From an uncultured Clostridia bacterium (GTDB lineage Bacteria; Bacillota; Clostridia; TANB77; CAG-508): DNA of 64,000 nt. Shown here one piece after another: positions 1 through 10,046 of the stretch; position 1 is the first letter of the stretch; every line of letters begins with the position of its first letter. Where the stretch lies: contig CAKPLT010000001.1 in assembly GCA_934167755.1 (NCBI GenBank), forward strand, positions 161,753-225,752. Direction: 5' to 3'. The notes under the pieces were generated by a model. The model was not told where the DNA came from. It did no database searches and saw only the letters and a program-made list of their open reading frames with translations. The translations under genes were made by a program, and so were the position numbers.

Positions 1-770
1 CCAATATTTGCAATAGTATGAATAAAGTCATCATAGTGTCCAGCATTTAACGGTCTAATACAAGTTCTAGTGCCAATTAATAGTGAATTTTCTCTTCCAG
101 CCTTTACTCGAGCATTACATAATTTATCCAACAAATGAATTGCATCATTATATGAAAAATTCATATTTATAGATTTCTGGTTGGAATAAATTCTATAAGA
201 TTCTGGCGAAATTCCTGGAAAACTAATTCTAATAAAAGCAACATTGTTAACCAAACAATCTAATAATTCATCTGATATTTGGCTTCCAGTACTTACATAA
301 ACTACTCCCATATTGCATTTCTGATTAGCATATTCTAACATTTTAATTCTATCTTTGTATAAGTCAGGATTTCCTTCTCCACAAACTTCAAATCTGACTG
401 TATTAAATCCACGTCTATTTGAGTAAGCAGAAATTTCATCCAAGATTTTTTTATACATATCAATAGGAATAATAGGATACTTGATGTGCTGATCTGTAAC
501 TGCCCACTTTCTACTTGGACAAGCTAAACAGTCCATACAATCAAAATCACAATAAGGAAAATCTTTAGCACTTACTGAAAGAATTGGCATTTGGTCTATT
601 CCATATTGAACTGCATATTTAATTGCCTCACAGTAATCTTTTTCTGTTAAGGGATAAAGATGCTGTGGAGACCGTGAACGAGAAAACCATATTGTTTTAC
701 CAGTTTTCATGTCTACTGCTGAAAATTGTTTTGCGGTTATAATACTATCCTTGTAAGACATTTTTTTCAT
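1..770 (-). CDS. Radical SAM domain protein, partial (C-terminus runs off the window start)
   Basis: Own translation of the minus strand from the ATG at 768-770: MKKMSYKDS...FPYCDFDCMDCLACPSRKW carries the CX3CX2C radical-SAM cluster motif. The reading frame stays open to position 1. Not in the ORF track because it is partial. Confidence 0.55.
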   Translation of the reverse strand, partial: MKKMSYKDSIITAKQFSAVDMKTGKTIWFSRSRSPQHLYPLTEKDYCEAIKYAVQYGIDQMPILSVSAKDFPYCDFDCMDCLACPSRKWAVTDQHIKYPIIPIDMYKKILDEISAYSNRRGFNTVRFEVCGEGNPDLYKDRIKMLEYANQKCNMGVVYVSTGSQISDELLDCLVNNVAFIRISFPGISPESYRIYSNQKSINMNFSYNDAIHLLDKLCNARVKAGRENSLLIGTRTCIRPLNAGHYDDFIHTIANI

Positions 771-1323
771 GTTATACCTCCTCCTGTTATAATCTTATGG
801 AAAATAGTGGTAAATTAATATTAATATTTTTTATGTTAACACTTTTAAGGGCTTTTGTCAAGTAAATTAATAGACTTTTAGGAGTAATTTATAAAAAATA
901 AAAAATGCATTGACAAAATGTTGAAATATGCATATAAAAGTGTTATCAAAAAGGAAAGTGCTAGACTCTTTTTTGATTGGTTATAACAGATAAAGAATAA
1001 TCTATATCTGTTTTTTTTGAAGTAATAAATTATATGTAGAGACATATACATTTAAAAAGAAAGAGGTGGAAATGAATGTAACGCGAACTTTTTTACACGA
1101 AGGAAAAACATTACAAGAAATGATGGAAATACTATTACCAATATACATACAAGAAAAGACTTGCAATATAAATGAAGAAGAGTTAGAATTCACACAACAA
1201 AAAATTCTAAAATAACTTGTCATCTAAAACAAGAAGGAAGGGATGGAAACAAATGAATTTAGATACAAGTATATTAGACAGTAAAACATATAAAGTACGG
1301 ACTGTATTTAAGACTTTCAAGAG

Positions 1324-2826
1324 ATGATGAAGGGAGTCGGAACTTCAGAAAGTATTATAAATCAAAAAGAATTTCTAACAAAATATGTAGCCCAACAACC
1401 TAATTGGTTATTAATAGACTGTTACATAGACGACGGATTCACAGGAACAAACTTTAACAGACCATCATTTATAAGATTAAAAGAAGATATTGAACAAGGA
1501 AAAATAGATATGGTAATAACCAAAGATTTGTCTCGTTTAGGAAGGGATTACATAGATACTGGTTATTATTTAGAAAAATATTTTCCTGCTAAAAATGTAA
1601 GATATATTGCAGTAAATGATGGAATAGATACATTTTCTAAAAATAGTAATAATGATATTGGACCTTTTATGTCTGTTGTAAATGATATGTATGCAAAAGA
1701 TATTTCTAAAAAGGTAAGAACAGTAAAAAGAACAAAAGCAGAAAAAGGTGAGTTTATAGGTGCATTTGCACCATATGGATATAAAAAGCATCCAAATGAT
1801 ATTACTAAATTAGTAATAGATGATGAAGCAGCAGAAATAGTAAAATATATATTTAATGAATATGTAAATGGAAAGGGATTAGCATATATAGCACATAGAT
1901 TAAATGAAAGGAAAATACCTTGTCCATCTGTGTATAAACAACAAAGTTGTAACTATTACTGTAAAACGATATCAGGTTTATGGGGGCACAATACCATTAA
2001 AAAGATTCTTACAAATAAAGTTTATACTGGAGACCTAATTCAACATCAAGGTGAAATGGTAAGTTATAAAGTAAAAAAATATAGATTATTGCCAAAATCA
2101 GAACATTTAGTTAAAGAAAAAGCACATGAACCAATTATAGATAATCAAATTTATGAATTGGCACAAGACATATTAAAAAGAAAAGCACATAACATACATA
2201 GAAAAGAAAATTCAAAGCATTTATTGGCAGGGCTTTTATATTGTCCAAGATGTCATAATAAATATACATATCAGATTCAAAGTGGACTAAAGAATGATAT
2301 GGTAGCAATTTGTAGTATGTATAATCGTTACGGAAAAGACTATTGCACAAGAATAGCAGTAAGAGAAAGCGTTTTAAATGAATTTGTAGTGCAAGATTTA
2401 AGAAAAATCCTGCAAGAAAAAATTGATAAAGAAAAGCTAATAAATTCAATAGATAAAACTAAAATTAATAATGATAAAAAAATATTACAAAAGAAAGTTG
2501 CAGATAATAACAGAAGAATAGAAGAAATAGCAAAAATAATAAAAACAGCTTATGAAGATAGAGTAAATGGATTACTAGATACGGAAGAATTTGTTTCTTT
2601 TACGGAAAGCTACAAAAAAGAAAAACAAGAATTAATAGAAAAAACAGAAAAGCTAAATATTAAATTGAGTGATTTTGAAAATAATAAAGAAAATGAATTA
2701 ATGAAATATATAAAAGAAATAGTTAGTTTCAAAGATATTAATAGAAATATAATACTTAATTTAATAGATAGTATAGAAATTATAAATAAAGAAAATATAA
2801 AAATAAATTATAAATTTACAGTATAG
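1324..2826 (+). CDS. Large serine recombinase (resolvase/invertase N-terminal domain + recombinase domain + coiled-coil C-terminus). The catalytic Ser motif is encoded upstream in other frames, so this is a probable pseudogene or sequencing frameshift
   Basis: SESIINQKEFL...DDGFTGTNFNRPSF...KDLSRLGRDY matches the large serine recombinase family. The expected upstream YxRLSRDDEG motif (catalytic Ser) lies in a different frame at 1296-1334, and a possible ATG (1253) lies in a third frame. Confidence 0.85.
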   Translation: MMKGVGTSESIINQKEFLTKYVAQQPNWLLIDCYIDDGFTGTNFNRPSFIRLKEDIEQGKIDMVITKDLSRLGRDYIDTGYYLEKYFPAKNVRYIAVNDGIDTFSKNSNNDIGPFMSVVNDMYAKDISKKVRTVKRTKAEKGEFIGAFAPYGYKKHPNDITKLVIDDEAAEIVKYIFNEYVNGKGLAYIAHRLNERKIPCPSVYKQQSCNYYCKTISGLWGHNTIKKILTNKVYTGDLIQHQGEMVSYKVKKYRLLPKSEHLVKEKAHEPIIDNQIYELAQDILKRKAHNIHRKENSKHLLAGLLYCPRCHNKYTYQIQSGLKNDMVAICSMYNRYGKDYCTRIAVRESVLNEFVVQDLRKILQEKIDKEKLINSIDKTKINNDKKILQKKVADNNRRIEEIAKIIKTAYEDRVNGLLDTEEFVSFTESYKKEKQELIEKTEKLNIKLSDFENNKENELMKYIKEIVSFKDINRNIILNLIDSIEIINKENIKINYKFTV

Positions 2827-2924
2827 AGTTAAGTAGATAAAATCTGCTTTTAATTTTCAGTACAATCTATCATAAAAGTAATTGTTACTGGAATGCAGAT
2901 GACATAGACAGTATACTAGACACC

Positions 2925-3461
2925 TTGAAAAATAATGATGTACATATAACTTTTTTTATAGTAGGAGACTGGGCTGATAAATATCCAGAAGCAGTAAAAA
3001 AGATATATGAAGCAGGCCATGAAATAGGGAGTCATAGTAATACGCATCCACATGTAAATAATTTATCATCAGAAAAGAATTTAGAGGAGATACAGTTAAG
3101 TGTAAACAAACTAGAAAAAATAACAGGAAATAAAACTATATTATATAGAGCACCATATGGAGAATATAATGATACAGTAATAAAAACGGCACAAAAGAAT
3201 GGGTATTTTACTATACAATGGAATTTAGATACATTAGATTATAAAGGATTAACTGGTGAGGAAATGTGGAATAGGCTAAAGAATAAACTAAATAAAGGTT
3301 CAATAATTTTGAGTCATAATGGAACAAAACATACTGCTGATAGTTTAGATATGCTTATAAAGAATATAAAAGCAGAAGGGTTTCAAATTACTACTGTTTC
3401 AGATTTAATATATCAAGATAATTATACTATTAATAATAATGGTACACAGATTAAGAATTAG
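2925..3461 (+). CDS. Polysaccharide deacetylase (NodB domain), 5'-truncated. Motifs 2-5 are present, motif 1 (TFDDG) is missing, and there is no ATG (ORF-track TTG start)
   Basis: HEIGSHSNTHPH (HSxxH), YRAPYGEY (RxPY), WNLDTLDY and IILSHNG (LxH) are NodB motifs. The frame is open upstream to 2841 without a start codon or a TFDDG motif. Confidence 0.7.
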   Translation: MKNNDVHITFFIVGDWADKYPEAVKKIYEAGHEIGSHSNTHPHVNNLSSEKNLEEIQLSVNKLEKITGNKTILYRAPYGEYNDTVIKTAQKNGYFTIQWNLDTLDYKGLTGEEMWNRLKNKLNKGSIILSHNGTKHTADSLDMLIKNIKAEGFQITTVSDLIYQDNYTINNNGTQIKN

Positions 3462-3519
3462 TAGTTATAAAAGTATAAAAAAAGAAGTTTAGGAAATAAT
3501 GACAACAAAGGAGAAAGTT

Positions 3520-4011
3520 ATGCCATTAATTGGAATAATTGCGAAAAAGAGAGAGATTCAGAGTATAAAAAAATGCATAAAGGAAAGTAGCATCGAGATT
3601 ATAGGAATTACGAAAGATGCTTTAAAAAATGTTAAGAATATAGTGTTTGAAGAAATAATAATTTTAGAAGATATAAAATTAGAAGAAGAAGAATACAAAT
3701 ATATGAATGAGATAATTTCAAAGACAAAATATTTAATATTAAATGTTGATATTAAAATTGAGTTTTTGAAACAAATGAGTATTGACAAGCCAATAAAAGT
3801 AATAACATTTGGTTTTAATACAAAATCGACAATAACAATATCAAGTGTAAAAGAAGAAAAAATAATAGTATGTTTACAAAGAGACATAAAAATGCTAAAT
3901 GGAAAAATAATAGAAAGTCAAGAAAAGGAAATTAAGTTAAACAAAGAAAATGATAAAAAAATATACAATAAATTAGTAATTTTTATAGTAAATGAATTGC
4001 ATAATTTATAA
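3520..4011 (+). CDS. Hypothetical protein
   Basis: ORF with an AAGGAG RBS 7 nt before the ATG at 3520 (the ORF-track start at 3499 is less likely). Lys/Ile-rich, no recognisable motif. Confidence 0.4.
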   Translation: MPLIGIIAKKREIQSIKKCIKESSIEIIGITKDALKNVKNIVFEEIIILEDIKLEEEEYKYMNEIISKTKYLILNVDIKIEFLKQMSIDKPIKVITFGFNTKSTITISSVKEEKIIVCLQRDIKMLNGKIIESQEKEIKLNKENDKKIYNKLVIFIVNELHNL

Positions 4012-4180
4012 AAATAGCTCAAAAATGCTAATATATAAATAAAAAAATAGAAAAAATTAACTTTTTATGTAGACAAATCCAAAAAAATGTAGTATAATAA
4101 GAAATGTAGAAAATTTAAAAAAAGAGAAGCAAGAAGAGAAATTTACAATTGATAAAGAAAAAAATAAGGAGGAAATAAAA

Positions 4181-4882
4181 TTGGATACAAATTATTTAGA
4201 AAACAACTACTTAACATTGGTAGGAAAAGTTACAGGCGAAAAAAGATTTAGCCATGAAATTTACGGAGAGAAATTTTACACATTCAACTTATCAATACCA
4301 CGTTTAAGTGGAAATGCAGACATTATACCAATAACAATATCAGAAAGATTAATAACTGATGAAATGTTACAAGAAGGTAAGAAATTATTAATTAAAGGTC
4401 AATTCAGATCATACAACAGTTATGAGAATGAAAGAAACAAATTAATATTAACAGTATTTGCTAAAGATGTTGAAGAACTTAAGGAAGTTGAAGAACAAGA
4501 AGAAAGTGACATAGTTAAAAAAGACGAAACAACAAACGAAGTTGTACTTATCGGATTTGTATGTAAAAAACCAATTTACAGACAAACACCATTTGGAAGA
4601 GAAATTGCAGATTTATTATTAGCAGTAAACAGAGCATATAATAAATCAGATTACATTCCAACAATAGCATGGGGAAGAAATGCAAGATTCTGCCAAAACT
4701 TAGAAGTTGGAGCTCAAGTAAAAATAATAGGAAGAGTTCAATCAAGACAATATGAGAAGAAATATGAAGATGGAACATCAGAAATGAAAGTAGCTTATGA
4801 AGTTTCAATTTGTAGCTTAGAACTAATAAATGAAGAGGGAACAGAAAACAAAGAAGAAACTGAAAATCAAGAAGCTGTTTAA
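4181..4882 (+). CDS. OB-fold / SSB-like protein with acidic tails (uncertain)
   Basis: 233-aa ORF with TTG start and AAGGAGG RBS. Has two OB-like segments and acidic EEQEE stretches. Confidence 0.4.
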   Translation: MDTNYLENNYLTLVGKVTGEKRFSHEIYGEKFYTFNLSIPRLSGNADIIPITISERLITDEMLQEGKKLLIKGQFRSYNSYENERNKLILTVFAKDVEELKEVEEQEESDIVKKDETTNEVVLIGFVCKKPIYRQTPFGREIADLLLAVNRAYNKSDYIPTIAWGRNARFCQNLEVGAQVKIIGRVQSRQYEKKYEDGTSEMKVAYEVSICSLELINEEGTENKEETENQEAV

Positions 4883-5000
4883 TATAAAAACTAAAATCCA
4901 AAAAGTATAGTCTTTTTGGATTTTTTCTGCTATAATATGGATATTATAATAAAGAAAGGAGAATATAGCTTTCATAATATAAAAAGTTATATAAAAACAT

Positions 5001-6527
5001 ATGAAAAATAAAAAAGCAATTTATTTTGAAATTATGGCAATAATTTTAATTGCAATATTTTGTATAAGTTTAACACCAAAAACTTTGCAAAATGATACAT
5101 TTTATACAATCAAAATAGGAGAACACATAATTGAAAATAAAGGGATTGACATGATGGACCCATTTTCGTGGCATCAAAATTTAGAATATACATATCCACA
5201 TTGGCTATATGATGTAATAATATATCTAATATACTTAGCAGGAGGAATGACTGGAATATATATATCAACATGTATTTTTTCAGCAATATTAGGAATAACG
5301 ATATATAGAACAAACTCTAAATTAGTAAAAAATAAAGTAGTATCATTTGTAATTACAATTGGAGCAATGTATATGCTAAAAGATTATATTGCTGCAAGAG
5401 CTCAGCTCGTAACATTTATATTATTTGCTTTACAAATATATTTGATGGAACAATTAGCGAATACAAGTAAGAAAAGATATGGAATTGGACTAATAGTAAT
5501 ATCAATATTGATAGCCAATTTGCATGTTGCTGTTTGGCCATTCATGTTTGTTTTATATTTACCATATATAGCAGAATATATAATAACTATTATAAAAACG
5601 AAAACAGCAAGAAAATTTGGAAAAGAATTAAAAAAAGGATATAAGATTTCATTAACCAAAAGAGATGGAGTAAAATATTTAATAATAGTAATGATAATAT
5701 GTACATTAACAGGATTTTTGACACCATTAGGAACTACACCATATACATATTTAATTAAGACAATGCAAGGAAATACAACTCAAAATATAAATGAACATTT
5801 ACCAATGACACTTATAAATTGTATGGAAATATTGTGTGTGCTTATAGTATTTATTGCTTTATTAACATTTACAGATGTCAAAATTAGATTAGTTGATTTA
5901 TTTATGTTTGGAGGACTAATATTATTAATGTTATATTCAAAAAGACAGTCAACAATGTTTGTATTAATTTGTTCAATTATATTAAACAGACTAGCATATG
6001 ATTTTATAAAAAAAGATGGTGATGATGTAGATGAAAGACTAATAAATGTATTTACAACATTATTTGGTGGATTTATGATATCAGCATTAATTATAATATT
6101 AAGTTTGTATTTTATAAAAGGAAAAATAAAATCTAAATATATAGATGAGAAATCATATCCAGTAGAAATGAGTGAATTTATTTTACAATATTTTGATGAA
6201 AATAATATAAACCTAGAAGATGTAAGATTATATAATGAATATAATTATGGAAGCTATTTATTATACAAAGGAATCCCAGTATTTATAGATTCTAGATGTG
6301 ATTTATATGCCCCAGAGTATAATGGTGGAAGAGATATATTTATGGATTTTATAAAAAGTTCAAAATTGGACATATGGTTTGAAGACATTTTCAAAAAATA
6401 TGATATAACATATGTTATATTATATAAAGACTCAAAAATGAATATGATTATTCAAGAAGCAAATTTAGGAAGATATAAGCTATTAAAAGAGGATAAAAAT
6501 TTTGTATTTTATGAAGTAATAAAGTAA
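5001..6527 (+). CDS. Polytopic integral membrane protein, possibly a GT-C-like glycosyltransferase or YfhO-like protein
   Basis: 508 aa with about 12 hydrophobic segments and a C-terminal soluble domain. Confidence 0.5.
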   Translation: MKNKKAIYFEIMAIILIAIFCISLTPKTLQNDTFYTIKIGEHIIENKGIDMMDPFSWHQNLEYTYPHWLYDVIIYLIYLAGGMTGIYISTCIFSAILGITIYRTNSKLVKNKVVSFVITIGAMYMLKDYIAARAQLVTFILFALQIYLMEQLANTSKKRYGIGLIVISILIANLHVAVWPFMFVLYLPYIAEYIITIIKTKTARKFGKELKKGYKISLTKRDGVKYLIIVMIICTLTGFLTPLGTTPYTYLIKTMQGNTTQNINEHLPMTLINCMEILCVLIVFIALLTFTDVKIRLVDLFMFGGLILLMLYSKRQSTMFVLICSIILNRLAYDFIKKDGDDVDERLINVFTTLFGGFMISALIIILSLYFIKGKIKSKYIDEKSYPVEMSEFILQYFDENNINLEDVRLYNEYNYGSYLLYKGIPVFIDSRCDLYAPEYNGGRDIFMDFIKSSKLDIWFEDIFKKYDITYVILYKDSKMNMIIQEANLGRYKLLKEDKNFVFYEVIK

Positions 6528-6530
6528 TAA

Positions 6531-6600
6531 AAGGTAAATTATGTACCCGGTCCCAAATTGCCAAGAAAAGAAAATGGAAATTATGTACCCGGTCCTAAAT
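6531..6600 (+). repeat. Two direct copies of the motif ATGTACCCGGTCC (6541-6553, 6583-6595), 42 bp apart, in the rluD leader
   Basis: Seen directly in the sequence. The first copy sits in a 45-bp block nearly identical to 7681-7728. Confidence 0.8.
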
Positions 6601-6621
6601 TTTATAAATGGAGGAACAAAA

Positions 6622-7533
6622 ATGGAAACTTATAAAGTAAAACCAGAAGAACAAGGAAAAAGATTAGACACTTATGTAACAAATCAAAATAATGAATTAA
6701 CAAGAACAGCAGTACAAAGGTTAGTTGAACAAGAAAAGATATTGGTCAATGGAAAAAAACAAAAAGTAGCATATAAGGTCACTGAAGGAGATATGATTAC
6801 AATTGAAGAAACAGAAGCTAAAACAATAAAATTAAAGGCGCAGGAAATACCTATAGACATTATATATGAAGACAAAGATATAGTTGTTGTAAATAAACCT
6901 AAAGGAATGGTTGTACACCCTGCTAATGGAAATATAGATGGAACATTAGTAAATGCAATAATGGCAATCTGTAAAGACAGTTTATCAGGAATAGGTGGAG
7001 AAATAAGACCTGGAATAGTACATAGATTAGATAAAGATACATCAGGATTATTAATTGTGGCCAAAAATGACAAAGCACATGTAAATATGAGTGAACAGAT
7101 AAAAAATCATGAAGTTAAAAAAACATATATTGCTTTAGTTAGAGGGATTGTTAAGGAAAATGAGGCAACTATAGATATGCCAATTGGAAGAAGTCGTTCA
7201 GATAGAAAAAAGATGGCTGTAGACAGAAATGGAAGGAATGCAGTAACACATATTAAAGTATTAAAAAGATATGACAAATATACATTATTAGAAGTAAATA
7301 TAGAAACTGGCAGAACACATCAAATTCGTGTACACTTATCACATATAGGATATCCTATAATTGGTGATTGTACATATTCAAATGGCAAAAATGAATTTGG
7401 AGTTGTAGGACAATGCTTACATGCTAAATGTTTAGAATTTAAACATCCTGTAACAGGAAAAGAAATTAAATTAGAGGCTCCTTTACCAGACTATTTTGAA
7501 AATATATTAAAAAAACTGGATGAAAGAGTATAG
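6622..7533 (+). CDS. rluD: 23S rRNA pseudouridine synthase, RluA/RluD family (S4 domain + PseudoU_synth_2)
   Basis: HRLDKDTSGLLIVAKND catalytic Asp motif. Start chosen at METYKV with a GGAGG RBS; the longer ORF-track start at 6541 would translate the repeated leader motif. Confidence 0.88.
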   Translation: METYKVKPEEQGKRLDTYVTNQNNELTRTAVQRLVEQEKILVNGKKQKVAYKVTEGDMITIEETEAKTIKLKAQEIPIDIIYEDKDIVVVNKPKGMVVHPANGNIDGTLVNAIMAICKDSLSGIGGEIRPGIVHRLDKDTSGLLIVAKNDKAHVNMSEQIKNHEVKKTYIALVRGIVKENEATIDMPIGRSRSDRKKMAVDRNGRNAVTHIKVLKRYDKYTLLEVNIETGRTHQIRVHLSHIGYPIIGDCTYSNGKNEFGVVGQCLHAKCLEFKHPVTGKEIKLEAPLPDYFENILKKLDERV

Positions 7534-7560
7534 CGGATGTAGATTATTAAATAATAAAAT

Positions 7561-7581
7561 CCGGCAAGAGAATCTTGCCGG
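7561..7581 (+). terminator. Weak hairpin (ccggcaag-agaat-cttgccgg) after rluD, with no clear U-tract
   Basis: Inverted repeat seen in the sequence. Confidence 0.35.
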
Positions 7582-7680
7582 AGAATCTATATAAAGCCTT
7601 TTAGAAAAGTAAAAGGAATTAATATATAATATGCTAAAACATAAAAAAAAGAACCAGTCCTAAAATAAAAGAATAATGAA

Positions 7681-7750
7681 AAAAGGTAAATTATGTACCC
7701 GGTCCTCAATTGCCTAGAAAAGAAAAAGTAAATTACGTACCCGGTCCCAA
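7681..7750 (+). repeat. Two more copies of the same motif (7693-7705 and 7735-7747, A/CGTACCCGGTCC), again 42 bp apart, in the leader of the second pseudouridine synthase gene
   Basis: Seen directly in the sequence. Confidence 0.8.
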
Positions 7751-7777
7751 ATTACCAACAGAAAGAAGGAATATTAA

Positions 7778-8494
7778 GTGGAAGAAAGATTGCAAAAATA
7801 CTTGGCAAATTGTGGAATAGCCTCAAGAAGAAAATGCGAAGAATATATTTTTCAAGGAAAAGTACAAGTTAATGGAAAAATAGTTACAGAGCTAGGAACT
7901 AAAATAAATCCATACAAAGATATTGTAAAATTTGATGGAAAAATTGTAAAGCAAACAAAAAAATTAGTGTATATTTTACTAAACAAACCAATTGGATATG
8001 TTACTACTGCAGAAGATCAATTTGGAAGGGATACAGTGTTAGATTTGGTAAAAGTAAGTGAAAGAATTGTACCAGTTGGTAGATTGGATATGTATACATC
8101 AGGAGCTTTAATATTAACGAATGATGGTGATTTTGTTTATAAAGTTACACATCCAAAACATGAAATAGAGAAAACTTATACTGTAACAGTAAAAGGAATT
8201 GTAGAAAATAGTGAAGTTGAACAACTAAAAAATGGTGTTAAGATAGATGATTATATAACAAAGCCAGCAAAGGTGAAAATTTTAAAAACAGATACAGAAA
8301 AAGATATTTCAAGACTAGAAATAACAATTCATGAAGGAAAGAATAGACAAGTAAGAAAGATGTGTGAAGCAATTGATAGAAAGGTCTTAGCTTTACATAG
8401 AAGTAAAATAGGAAAGATAGGAGTTAAAAATCTAGAACTTGGTAAGTGGAGATTTTTACAAACAAATGAAGTACAAGAATTGATAAAAAAATAA
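7778..8494 (+). CDS. rluB: Pseudouridine synthase, RsuA/RluB family (S4 + PseudoU_synth_2), GTG start
   Basis: N-terminal S4 (LANCGIASRRK) and the GRLDMYTSGALILTNDG catalytic motif. Confidence 0.82.
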   Translation: MEERLQKYLANCGIASRRKCEEYIFQGKVQVNGKIVTELGTKINPYKDIVKFDGKIVKQTKKLVYILLNKPIGYVTTAEDQFGRDTVLDLVKVSERIVPVGRLDMYTSGALILTNDGDFVYKVTHPKHEIEKTYTVTVKGIVENSEVEQLKNGVKIDDYITKPAKVKILKTDTEKDISRLEITIHEGKNRQVRKMCEAIDRKVLALHRSKIGKIGVKNLELGKWRFLQTNEVQELIKK

Positions 8495-8567
8495 TTAAAA
8501 TAGTTGAAAATCTATTTTAGAAAAGATATAATAATATTGAAACAAAAGAAAAAGGAGCAAAAGAAAA

Positions 8568-9023
8568 ATGAAAATAAGACAAGGGCAAATAGTTGAAGGA
8601 ACGGTAACAGGAATACAACCATATGGTGCTTTTATAAAAATTGAAAGTGGTGTGGATGGACTTGTATATATAGAAGATTTATCGGTCGCAAGAATAAAAT
8701 CACCAGAAGAAAGAGTAAAGATTGGACAAAAAATAAAATGTATGGTAAAATATATAGACCCCAATACTGGAAAAATTAATTTGTCATATAAAACTTGCTT
8801 AGGAACATGGGATGATAATATAAAAAGTTTTAAGGAAGGAATGACAGTAAAGGGAATAGTAAGAGATGCTGAAAAGAATAAAAATGGTATATTTATTGAA
8901 CTTACACCTAATTTAGTTGGAATGGCAGAGTATACAGAAAAATTAAAATATGGCGAAACAATAGATGTATGCATAAAAAAAATTTTACCAGAGAAGAGAA
9001 AGGTAAAACTAATAGTAGTTTAA
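8568..9023 (+). CDS. S1 domain RNA-binding protein (two S1-like repeats)
   Basis: GQIVEGTVTGIQPYGAFIKI...GLVYI and a second GMTVKGIVRD...GIFIEL S1 signature. Confidence 0.75.
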   Translation: MKIRQGQIVEGTVTGIQPYGAFIKIESGVDGLVYIEDLSVARIKSPEERVKIGQKIKCMVKYIDPNTGKINLSYKTCLGTWDDNIKSFKEGMTVKGIVRDAEKNKNGIFIELTPNLVGMAEYTEKLKYGETIDVCIKKILPEKRKVKLIVV

Positions 9024-9083
9024 AATAACTGGTTATAAGTAATGGGCTAAAGTTAGCAATTAAAAATATAAGGAGGGATTGAA

Positions 9084-10025
9084 ATGGTTGAAGATAACCA
9101 AATCAAAGCACAAGTATCACCATTTGCAATAAGAGAAGGTGAAATAAAAACATTTGATGGTAAAGATGGATATGTTTCTATGAATCAAATTATACACAAA
9201 ATTAATATAGGACATATAGCAGATATTCATTTTGCAATATTGGAATTGGTAAATGAATTTGAATTTATAACATCTAGACAAATATATCAAATGCTAGAAT
9301 GGAAGGGAATAGACCCAAAATCACAAGATAAATTAAATAACAAATTAGATCAACTTGTAAAATCTAAAATTTTAACAAGATATTATTTTACATCTGAAGA
9401 AGGAAAAGGGATATATAGAATATATTGTCTTGAGAAGATGGGGAAATATTTATTAACTTCAAAAGAAATTGAATGTAAATGGCAACAAACAGATAATGTA
9501 AAGCCAGTTGCTATGATAAAGAAAAGATTAGCAGGAAATCAAACATTAATTGCTTATTTAAGAAAGGTAAAAGCATTTGATAGCTATGTTGTTAAACCTG
9601 CATTAAATGCAAAAATATCAGGAAAAATATTTAAAGCAACAGGTGGTTCTGTAAAACTTACTAAAAATAATAAGTCAATAACATTTTTATTTGAAGTAAT
9701 TAGAAGAGAAGCTGATTGGCAGAAAAAACTTATAGACAAAATGGCTATGTATAAAGAATTTTACGAGAATTTTGTGCCAGGAGATTCAGCATTTTCTGCA
9801 TTACCACAATTAATATTTGTATGTGAAGACGATAAACATACTGTTGAAACTTTTAAAGAAATAGTAAAAAATAAAATGGAAATTCCTCAAATTAAACTAT
9901 ATTTTACAACAGATTTGAGACAGAACAGTGAAAGTCTTGAAAATACATTAATAGAGTTTAAACTAGATGAGACAACTAAAAAATATAAGATGTTTAATGT
10001 TGAAGCAAAAATATTAGGCATCTAA
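9084..10025 (+). CDS. Hypothetical protein (313 aa)
   Basis: Long ORF with a GGAGGG RBS and no confident motif. Confidence 0.45.
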   Translation: MVEDNQIKAQVSPFAIREGEIKTFDGKDGYVSMNQIIHKINIGHIADIHFAILELVNEFEFITSRQIYQMLEWKGIDPKSQDKLNNKLDQLVKSKILTRYYFTSEEGKGIYRIYCLEKMGKYLLTSKEIECKWQQTDNVKPVAMIKKRLAGNQTLIAYLRKVKAFDSYVVKPALNAKISGKIFKATGGSVKLTKNNKSITFLFEVIRREADWQKKLIDKMAMYKEFYENFVPGDSAFSALPQLIFVCEDDKHTVETFKEIVKNKMEIPQIKLYFTTDLRQNSESLENTLIEFKLDETTKKYKMFNVEAKILGI

Positions 10026-10046
10026 GGAACAAAAGGGGAAAAGAAG

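Noticed and set aside
1002-1223. Minus-strand 73-aa ORF, and a 51-aa plus-strand ORF at 1075-1230
   Set aside because: Neither has a recognisable motif. The region may be the promoter/leader area between the radical SAM gene and the recombinase. The 51-aa ORF was considered as the missing deacetylase N-terminus but shows no NodB motif 1.
6541-6621. Extended N-terminus of rluD proposed by the ORF track (MYPVPNCQEKKMEIMYPVLNF...)
   Set aside because: It would translate two copies of the repeated leader motif. A good GGAGG RBS precedes the internal ATG at 6622, which gives a canonical RluD start.
8495-8974. Minus-strand 159-aa ORF
   Set aside because: Entirely antisense to the S1-domain gene, low-complexity, and has no RBS.
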